Origin: Lautropia sp. | GTDB taxonomy: Bacteria; Pseudomonadota; Gammaproteobacteria; Burkholderiales; Burkholderiaceae_E | Length of the DNA stretch: 64,000 bases | NCBI GenBank assembly: GCA_030528325.1 | Contig: JAUMZD010000016.1 | Span: forward strand, 1 to 64,000 | Direction of reading: 5' to 3' | In this document: piece after piece, positions 1-6,610 of the stretch | Layout: every line of letters begins with the position of its first letter | Numbering within the stretch: position 1 is the first letter of the stretch | The notes under the pieces: model-generated | Told to the model about the DNA's origin: nothing | The model's input: the letters and a program-made list of their open reading frames with translations, nothing else | Database searches by the model: none | Program-made: the position numbers and the translations under genes

Positions 1-392
1 CATTCTTCAAGGTGGGCTGCTGGGGTTCAAGGTGGGGCGCACCGGATGTTTACCGGCGGGATGGCCTCACCACTTTTTTGCCAGCGCCTCCGCCACGATC
101 TCGGCCTTGATCTTCTCCTCAACGTACATCTTGCGAAGCCGCGCGTTCTCCGCTTCCAGCTCCTTCATCCGCGCCATCAGGGAAGCATCCATGCCCCCGT
201 ACTTCGCCCGCCACTTGTAGAACGTCGCCATGCTGATGCCCAGCTCCCGGCACAGATCGGGCACCTTCAGCCCGGCCTCGGCCCGCTTGAGGGCATCCAT
301 GATCTGCGCATCGCTGAACTTCGACTTCTTCATAGAACTTCTCCTTGGAAAAATTCTACTTCTGATCTCGCCGGGTTTTTGGGGGGATTACC
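1..392 (-). mobile_element. IS3-family insertion sequence, partial (cut by window edge); inner end abuts a truncated copy of the AbiEii-like NTase gene
   Basis: The OrfA-like HTH transposase ORF at 67..333 is on the minus strand, so OrfB would lie below coordinate 67. Similarity to the intact locus at 5461..5530 (FLQEA...GGGT region) stops abruptly near 392. Confidence 0.5.
67..333 (-). CDS. IS3-family transposase OrfA (helix-turn-helix, leucine-zipper type)
   Basis: 88 aa beginning MKKSKFSDAQIMDALKRAEAG...ATFYKWRAKYGG. The coiled-coil KELEAENARLRK motif is typical of IS3/IS911 OrfA. Confidence 0.7.
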   Translation of the reverse strand: MKKSKFSDAQIMDALKRAEAGLKVPDLCRELGISMATFYKWRAKYGGMDASLMARMKELEAENARLRKMYVEEKIKAEIVAEALAKKW

Positions 393-700
393 CCTGAAGA
401 CAGGCCGTGTCGAAGGCTGCCAGTACACGGGCAAGGCGTTGGTGATGGAGCCTTTCAAACATTCATCACCCCATGGCCATATTCCTGCGTCAGTCACTCG
501 ATTAGTGCCTTTTCCCGTGCCTCCAGTTGCGCCTGATCGACATGCCGCCAGTTGGCTTCATAGAGTGAAAAGGCTTCGGCCTCGTCGATCCATCCATCCG
601 GATCCCGGTTCCAGGCCAGTAGGCAAAGCTGGGGGTAGCCGGTCAGGCGCAGTGACATGGGTTTGGCCGAGGTCGCGGCATGTGGGCTGTGAGATCGTTC
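393..700 (-). pseudogene. Remnant of a second NTase/small-partner module: 5' end of an AbiEii-like gene (~393..470) plus a truncated small-partner paralog (494..658, internal TGA)
   Basis: Reverse translation reads MFERLHHQRLARVLAAFDTA then breaks at the IS. The upstream ORF reads MSLRLTGYPQLCLLAWNRDPDGWIDEAEAF...REKALIE*; CGA changed to TGA relative to the copy at 5520..5759. Confidence 0.5.
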
Positions 701-1198
701 TGACTGCGGTGCTGGAAGGCGCGGTTCAGCGCTTCAAACAAGCGTTTTGCATTGACGGGGGAACGAAGCAGACGGGCTGATTCCATCAGGCCGAAAACCC
801 ATCGGCCGCGATCATGGTAGCCCAAGGCAAAGAGGAGTCTGCTACCCAAATCCCACGCCAGCAAGGCGCTGGGATTCTAGCAAGGTGTTTTTATGCATGA
901 GGTTTTTACGCATGGCGAAGCAGAAGAGATTGGGTGTGAATGCTCTTTTGTCATGCCTTTGTGACTGGTGTTTCGTGCGAGGAAATCCCCTATATCCTTG
1001 GTCCAAACCAATGTTCTGCCCTTCAGAGAAGGGAGGGGCGCAGCATTCTGTTATGGAATTTTTTCAGAAGGGAAATGTCCCGGTAATGAAAAGGGCCAGG
1101 GTTGCAGGATGCTTTTTTGGGGTGTTAGCTTCTGTCCACGCATCTGCTCTATGGCGGCTGCGTTGATGTTCCTCGGCAAGGAAAGGGTCTGGGTTCAT

Positions 1199-2098
1199 AT
1201 GGTGTTGAAATGGTGTGGATACGGCGTTCTTGTGGTTCTTCTGGCGCTGAGTGGCGTGACAGGGGAAGCTTGGGCCGATGATCTGCCCCTCACGGTGGAA
1301 GATCTGATCACGGACAAGGGAAAGTTCAAGCTTGATTTGTCTTTTGCCTATGCCAATCGTGATCATCAGGGGATCTCGACTGGGGAGCCAGTATTGGTTC
1401 AGACCGGAGCCACGTCGTTCGTGACTGTGCCCGGCAGGGTGGGAGAAAGCACGGGCAATACGGATGGCTATGTGCCTACGATCGGCTTGCGTTATGGCCT
1501 GAGCGCAAAGACTGAGGTCTATGCGCGCGCTAGCATGATGGCGAGTAGTGAGCGCGGGCAGGATGTAAACGGCGTTAGGGGCAGCAGTACTTCACAGTTC
1601 TCCGATTTCTGGACAGGTATCAACTACCAGTTCAAGGAAGATGACGACACGCCAGCCGTTCTGGGTTTTGCTGAGTTGGCGCTGAGTGAGCGTCGACGTG
1701 AAGACAATGTTCGGTTCAAGTCGGCGGTGCTTGGGGTTACGGCCTACAAGGCGATTGATCCCGTTGTCTTCTCTGTCACGAGTAGCTACCGCTTCGGTCG
1801 CTCTTCTCTGGTAGGCAGTGAAGCCTTCAAGCCGGGCAGTATGCTGCAGATCAATCCATCGGTCGCTCTGGCGGTCAATGACCGTGTCACGTTGAGCACA
1901 GGCGTGCAATGGCTGCGTCATTCGGCCGATGTCATCGAGGGGCAGCGTCAGAGCTACAGCCGTACCGGAACGGATCTGGTTCTGGGATTAGGCTATGGCT
2001 TTGGTCGTGGAAACACACTCCATGTCAGCTTCCGGCAAAAAGCGTCTGGACAGAGTGGCGCGGAGCTGAGAGCGGGTTGGCTATACACCTTCAGATAA
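1199..2098 (+). CDS. Predicted outer-membrane beta-barrel protein (about 300 aa, Sec signal peptide)
   Basis: Start moved to the ATG at 1199 (MVLKWCGYGVLVVLLALSGVTGEAWA signal peptide). Hydrophilic/hydrophobic residues alternate and the C-terminal strand ends ...AGWLYTF(R). A hairpin terminator follows. Confidence 0.45.
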   Translation: MVLKWCGYGVLVVLLALSGVTGEAWADDLPLTVEDLITDKGKFKLDLSFAYANRDHQGISTGEPVLVQTGATSFVTVPGRVGESTGNTDGYVPTIGLRYGLSAKTEVYARASMMASSERGQDVNGVRGSSTSQFSDFWTGINYQFKEDDDTPAVLGFAELALSERRREDNVRFKSAVLGVTAYKAIDPVVFSVTSSYRFGRSSLVGSEAFKPGSMLQINPSVALAVNDRVTLSTGVQWLRHSADVIEGQRQSYSRTGTDLVLGLGYGFGRGNTLHVSFRQKASGQSGAELRAGWLYTFR

Positions 2099-2099
2099 A

Positions 2100-2125
2100 A
2101 AATCCCTCCCGATAGGGAGGGTTGA
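2100..2125 (+). terminator. Rho-independent terminator-like hairpin
   Basis: tccctccc-gata-gggaggg followed by tt, immediately after the stop codon at 2096..2098. Confidence 0.5.
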
Positions 2126-2240
2126 GTGGGCTCGGCCCATTCAGAAGATGCTGGCAGTGTGGCAGCACGGCCAGCGAGTGCCTCGGGAGTTTGTCGAGGC
2201 TTGTCGTTGTTTGTTGGGGTACCCCCAAGGAGTTTAAATC

Positions 2241-2690
2241 ATGAAAGCAAAAAACGTCGTTATCGCTTTGGCCGCAACCGGTCTGATCTCATCGCATGCT
2301 TTTGCAGAGGAAGCAGCCATTGAAGGTACATCAGCCCCCCAGGTGCAGGCGGCGAGCTTTACGGAAGCAGATGCCTCGACTCTGTTCGAGAAGACTGGAG
2401 GGACGATGGAGTTGGCTTCTCTCTCTTCTGCCGAGATGAAGGAGACGGAGGGTGCGTATCTGGCGAACGCGGCAGGTGCTGCTATTGGTCTTGCTGGATA
2501 CGGTGCCTTTTGTACGATCGGCACCGGGTCATGCAGTGCCCTTGGAGCTATTTCAGCTGCAGCTATGGGCGCTATTAGCCCGGTTCGCGCGGTGACGCAG
2601 GCTGAGACTGCTGCAAGGGCAATTTGGGGTTTTAATGCATCGGTCGCAAATGGAACTGTCCTCGGCGTTGGCTCCCACTATGGTCACTGA
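2241..2690 (+). CDS. Secreted glycine/alanine-rich peptide precursor: Sec signal peptide, spacer, an internal double-glycine-type leader (MELASLSSAEMKETEGA), then a Gly-rich two-Cys core
   Basis: AAGGAG lies 8 nt upstream of the ATG. MKAKNVVIALAATGLISSHAFA is a classic signal peptide. Residues 56-72 match the LSxxELxxIxG(G/A) leader consensus. The core AAGAAIGLAGYGAFCTIGTGSCSALGAISAAAMGAIS resembles class II microcins. Confidence 0.55.
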   Translation: MKAKNVVIALAATGLISSHAFAEEAAIEGTSAPQVQAASFTEADASTLFEKTGGTMELASLSSAEMKETEGAYLANAAGAAIGLAGYGAFCTIGTGSCSALGAISAAAMGAISPVRAVTQAETAARAIWGFNASVANGTVLGVGSHYGH

Positions 2691-2800
2691 TTTCGTGCCA
2701 GCGCAGGGACAGCAGACTCTGTTTTGAATAAAAAATTTTCCTTAAGGAGAGGCTAAAGAGCCTCTCCCCAGACAAGGGCAATTTCTTGAGGGTTGACTTG

Positions 2801-3025
2801 ATGTACTTTCTTGCGTTCATACTGGGGGCTTCGATCGGTTTTGGTGTCTTGTATCAAAAGAGTTCAGCTCGAGGGTATTTAAAAACGCTAGTATTCTTGT
2901 TTAATATAATTTCCATTGTTTCTTATGCATCTTATTACAATATTTCAGAGTGGAAAGATTTGATTTTGTCTTTGATTTCAGTGTTTTCTGCTTATTTTTT
3001 TGTTGTCAAAATTTTTGGCAAGTGA
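2801..3025 (+). CDS. Small AT-rich two-TM membrane protein (immunity-protein-like)
   Basis: ATG at 2801 with GAGG 9 nt upstream (the track used an upstream TTG). Sequence MYFLAFILGASIGFGVLY...SYASYY...VFSAYFFVVKIFGK. Local GC content is far below the genome background. Confidence 0.4.
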   Translation: MYFLAFILGASIGFGVLYQKSSARGYLKTLVFLFNIISIVSYASYYNISEWKDLILSLISVFSAYFFVVKIFGK

Positions 3026-3112
3026 TAGGAGTAAAGGTTAGGATTTGCTGTAAATAAATGACAGCCCGTTTGGGTTCGTGTTGTTTTTTGAAGTTGAGTC
3101 CCTGAGGTTCTT

Positions 3113-3700
3113 ATGACCATTGTTTCTTCATCGCTGTCCGCGTTCATGCAGCGCGAGCAGCCGTTTTCAAAGTTTTCGTTTCCCCGCTGGCAATCGGTGC
3201 TGGCCATCACGCTGCTTGGAGTGCTGACGGGGCTTGATCCGCGTGTGTCGGCACCGCAGCCTGGCATGCCCGAAATGAGCGTGATGTCTCCGGGTCTTGC
3301 CATCGGATTTTCGCTGGTGATGGTCTGGGCATGTTTCCTTGTTTGTGTCGGCGTGGTGCGTTGGTGGGTGAAACGGAACGGTCGTTGGGATGGTGATGGC
3401 GACATCTTCAATCTGCTCGCGGCCGTGTGGTTGGTGCCGGATGCGCTGGCGGCGGGATTGACGATCCTTGGTCTGCCGCCGTTGGTGGGCATGGCGCTGT
3501 GGCTATATTCGGTGTGGGTAGCTGGTCATGCGCTGGATAGCGCTATTCCTCGGGTCTCCCTGGGGTATGCGATTTTGGGGGTGCTGATCAGTGTTGTATT
3601 GATGAGTCTCATCATGCTTGTGGCTTCGGTTGGTATGGGGCTGTTTCTGATGGGAGGAGTGCCTCCCGCGCCACCAGCTGCACCCTCCGGAGGTGGTTGA
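3113..3700 (+). CDS. Polytopic inner-membrane protein (Yip1-like, about 5 TM), translationally coupled to the downstream C39 gene
   Basis: Multiple hydrophobic segments and a Pro/Ala-rich C-terminus. Its stop TGA overlaps the ATG of the next gene (TGAATG at 3698..3703). Confidence 0.5.
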   Translation: MTIVSSSLSAFMQREQPFSKFSFPRWQSVLAITLLGVLTGLDPRVSAPQPGMPEMSVMSPGLAIGFSLVMVWACFLVCVGVVRWWVKRNGRWDGDGDIFNLLAAVWLVPDALAAGLTILGLPPLVGMALWLYSVWVAGHALDSAIPRVSLGYAILGVLISVVLMSLIMLVASVGMGLFLMGGVPPAPPAAPSGGG

Positions 3701-4624
3701 ATGAAGGGGAATCCTCTTTTGTGTTACGCCGTTCTTGCCGGAGAGGTGTCGATTGTATGGGTGATGGCTGGCGCCATGATGTCGCTGGCGCATGCCACGG
3801 AGCATCCGATAAAGGACGTGCCTGACACGCTGCACACGTCGTCAGCCGAATCGAAGATTGCCGGACAGAATGGTATGGGAGAAAAACCGGAGACGGGATC
3901 CAGGCATGAAGATGTCGGCCTTCAGAAAGAGGCCCGCCAGAAAGCGGAGGGCCAGCGTGCGAGGGAAGGAGGGCTCACCGACAACGGGGAAGGGGCGAAC
4001 AGGAAGTCTGGCGACCAGGGCGCATTGCTGTTGACGCAGAGTGCCGCAGGGCAGGTGAAGGTGAAAAGCTGGAAGACCTTGCGCGATGATGGCATCGTCA
4101 AACAGGATTTGGACTATTCCTGCGGCGCGGCTTCGGCGGCGACTCTGCTAAACAGCTTCTATGGTCAGAACGTTTCGGAGAAGCAGTTTCTGAAGACCAT
4201 GGGGGAGGAGGACGGCATGGCCAGTTTTGAAGACATGGCGCGAGCGATGCCTGCGTTCGGTTTCAAGGCAAGGGGGTTTGCAGCCAGTTGGGATCAGTTG
4301 ATCAAGCTGAAGCTTCCGGTCATTGTCTATGTCAAGTATCGCAAAGACGATCACTTCAGTGTGTTGCGAGGCATCAGTGGCAATACGGTCTGGCTTGCCG
4401 ATCCCAGCCTGGGCAATCGAACCTTCAGCAAGTCGCAGTTTCTTCAGATGTGGCAGACGCGGGATGACAAGAAAGCCCCAGAGCTGGCGGGCAAATTTCT
4501 GGCTGTGTTGCCAGCAAAGGAGGATATCGACCGCATGGACGCTTATTTTTCAAAAGCTCCTCGTCGTCAAAGCGGTGTCGCCGTTGAGCAGCTCAGCTTT
4601 CGGGGGGCTGCAGGGATACTCTGA
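3701..4624 (+). CDS. Free-standing peptidase C39 (bacteriocin-processing-type papain-like Cys protease) with an N-terminal signal peptide or anchor; not fused to an ABC transporter
   Basis: VKQDLDYSCGAASAATLLNSF (catalytic Cys context QxDxxDCGxA), DHFSVLRG (His), ADPSLGN (Asp). The N-terminus MKGNPLLCYAVLAGEVSIVWVMAGAMMSLAHA is hydrophobic. Confidence 0.7.
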   Translation: MKGNPLLCYAVLAGEVSIVWVMAGAMMSLAHATEHPIKDVPDTLHTSSAESKIAGQNGMGEKPETGSRHEDVGLQKEARQKAEGQRAREGGLTDNGEGANRKSGDQGALLLTQSAAGQVKVKSWKTLRDDGIVKQDLDYSCGAASAATLLNSFYGQNVSEKQFLKTMGEEDGMASFEDMARAMPAFGFKARGFAASWDQLIKLKLPVIVYVKYRKDDHFSVLRGISGNTVWLADPSLGNRTFSKSQFLQMWQTRDDKKAPELAGKFLAVLPAKEDIDRMDAYFSKAPRRQSGVAVEQLSFRGAAGIL

Positions 4625-4807
4625 ACAAGTCCACACTGATGCCGCATCCCCGGCACGGGCGCATGCTTGCGTTGGCATTTGTCGGCAATAGCACCACTAT
4701 TGACGACAAATGCCGCTTTGTCCTGCATCCCGTATCGGGACGCGTCGCCTCACGGGACTTGTTCAGCGTATTCTTGGCGGGGAGTCATGTCTCACCTAAA
4801 AATCTGT

Positions 4808-5527
4808 TCAGGTGTCAGGTGATAAAGGCGTTGCCATGCCGGAGGCACGGCGAGGGTCTGAGACAAGGGCCCGCGTAATGCAATCGCTCAGTTCAGGATC
4901 CATCTGCATCCGTTCAAGGCACTGTTTCAGCCAGTTGAGGTCGCGGATCATGCCGCAGGCATCGTGATAGGCTCGGGCGACATGCTGGCCGTAGGCTGAT
5001 TCGGCTTTTTCCCATGCCTGCGAAGGAATCTCTCCCCAGTGGGCGATCATCATGGCCAGGTCGATGATGTCCCGGTTCAATGTGGATCGATCCTGACCGC
5101 GATCGGCATTGGCCAGCAGCTTTTCAGCGTACATGTCTGCCCTGCAGAGCACCGGCACGCTGAGAACCTCATCAACGCTGCCTCCGATTCTGATTCTCCC
5201 TTCGTTGACGATCTCAAGCTTGATCGGAACGCCATCGATATCGATGACGGTGCGGATGCCATAGCGATCGGCCCGGATCTCGCGTCGGTATGACAGCGGG
5301 CTTTTGAGCAGGCGCCCGAGGCTTTGCTGGGTGATGGTGTTTCTCAGCAATCGGTAGCCTTCGGTCGACGCACACAGAAAATCGATATCGCGTGATTCCC
5401 TGTACTCCGACAGGGCCATGACGATGGCGGTCCCGCCGCCAAAATAGCAGTCCGCTTCCTGAAGAAAGGCCGTGTCGAAGGCAGCCAGCACACGAGCAAT
5501 GCGTTGGTGATGGAGTCTTTCAAACAT
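4808..5527 (-). CDS. Nucleotidyltransferase of the AbiEii/DUF1814 family (type IV TA-like toxin)
   Basis: YFGGGTAIVMALSEYRESRDIDFL matches the Pol-beta-type hG[GS]...DhD signature. Its start overlaps the stop of the upstream small gene by 8 nt. Confidence 0.65.
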   Translation of the reverse strand: MFERLHHQRIARVLAAFDTAFLQEADCYFGGGTAIVMALSEYRESRDIDFLCASTEGYRLLRNTITQQSLGRLLKSPLSYRREIRADRYGIRTVIDIDGVPIKLEIVNEGRIRIGGSVDEVLSVPVLCRADMYAEKLLANADRGQDRSTLNRDIIDLAMMIAHWGEIPSQAWEKAESAYGQHVARAYHDACGMIRDLNWLKQCLERMQMDPELSDCITRALVSDPRRASGMATPLSPDT

Positions 5528-5759
5528 TCATCACCCCATGGCCATATTCCTGCGTCAGTCGCTCGATCAGTGCCTTTTCCCGTGCCTCCAGTTGCGCCTG
5601 ATCGACATGCCGCCAGTTGGCTTCATAGAGTGCAAAGGCTTCGGCTTCGTCGATCCATTCATCCGGATCCCGGTTCCAGGCCAACAGGCAAAGCTGGGGG
5701 TAATCGCTCAGGTGCAAGGACATGGGTCTGGGAGCCTGGTGCGGTATGTGGATTGTCAT
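5520..5759 (-). CDS. Small conserved protein (79 aa), putative partner or antitoxin of the NTase; three paralogous copies in this window
   Basis: MTIHIPHQAPRPMSLHLSDYPQLCLLAWNRDPDEWIDEAEAFALYEANWRHVD...; overlaps the NTase start. Confidence 0.5.
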   Translation of the reverse strand: MTIHIPHQAPRPMSLHLSDYPQLCLLAWNRDPDEWIDEAEAFALYEANWRHVDQAQLEAREKALIERLTQEYGHGVMNV

Positions 5760-6063
5760 GACAGGCTTTGTTCCCAGGGATCGAGGAGGGTCAGTCCCAG
5801 CAGTGCAAAATCCCGGGTGTTCCGGGTTGCTACAGCCGCATCGTGTACAAGCGCAATGGCTGCGATCATGGCATCAGACTGACTGATGGGTCTCCCTTGC
5901 GCTTTCCGTGCGGCAACATTTCCGTGCCTCTCATCAGTTCTGCCCGGGTGATGTTGGTCGTATACAGTGATTGTCTCGGGTGCAAGCCGAACCACGAAAG
6001 GACATTCGTGTCAGGATTGGCGCGCAGTATCTCCGAAATGACGTTCGTGTCCAGGATGATCAT
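5756..6063 (-). pseudogene. vapC: vapC (PIN-domain toxin) split by a frameshift
   Basis: The N-terminal frame 5866..6063 reads MIILDTNVISEILRANPDTNVLSWF...ITRAELMRG. The C-terminal frame 5756..5995 reads ...GRPISQSDAMIAAIALVHDAAVATRNTRDFALLG...DPW. Together they make a full-length FitB/VapC. Confidence 0.55.
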
Positions 6064-6311
6064 GCCGATGGGGCCGGTGCCATGGGCAAGGCATCACGCT
6101 CAGGAATTTCCAGCTCGATACCGCCTACAGGCGCGACTCTTTTCCGGATGGCTTCAATCAACGTGGTACCGCTCTCAGATTCGCTGTTGTCGAGTGCTGC
6201 TTTCAGGATGGTTCGCGCTTCCTCTTCCATGGAGTGCCCGTGCAGGGCTGCCTGAAGCCGGAGACGGGTCTTTGTCTCATCTTCGAGGTTGCGGATGGTA
6301 ATGACTGCCAC
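6060..6311 (-). CDS. vapB: VapB/FitA-type antitoxin (plasmid-stability StbC-like)
   Basis: MAVITIRNLEDETKTRLRLQAALHGHSMEEEARTILKAAL...; 4-nt overlap with vapC. Confidence 0.6.
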   Translation of the reverse strand: MAVITIRNLEDETKTRLRLQAALHGHSMEEEARTILKAALDNSESESGTTLIEAIRKRVAPVGGIELEIPERDALPMAPAPSA

Positions 6312-6321
6312 AAGCTCACCT

Positions 6322-6567
6322 TCAATGTGCTGTCAATGACTGCATCGTAGGTACTGACGTCATTTGTGTCAATTGGCTGGTGACGGGCCGACGTGGAGGC
6401 CGCCAGTCGGGCAGAATCCCCTGTAGCTCTCCCTGATGTCCCGGATCGACATGTCGCCAGTTGGCTTCATAAAGTGCAAAGGCTTCGGCCTCGTCGATCC
6501 ATCCATCCGGATCCCGGTTCCAGGCCAGCAGGCAAAGCTGGGGATAATCGCTCAGGTGCAGTGGCAT
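6322..6567 (-). CDS. Third paralog of the small NTase-partner protein (N-terminal 45 aa conserved, C-terminus diverged)
   Basis: Internal Met at 6567: MPLHLSDYPQLCLLAWNRDPDGWIDEAEAFALYEANWRHVD.... The track ORF 6322..6897 is a read-through extension. Confidence 0.4.
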   Translation of the reverse strand: MPLHLSDYPQLCLLAWNRDPDGWIDEAEAFALYEANWRHVDPGHQGELQGILPDWRPPRRPVTSQLTQMTSVPTMQSLTAH

Positions 6568-6610
6568 GGTGGGGTTCAGCGCGCTCTCGGGGAGCGCCCC
6601 TTTCTCGATC

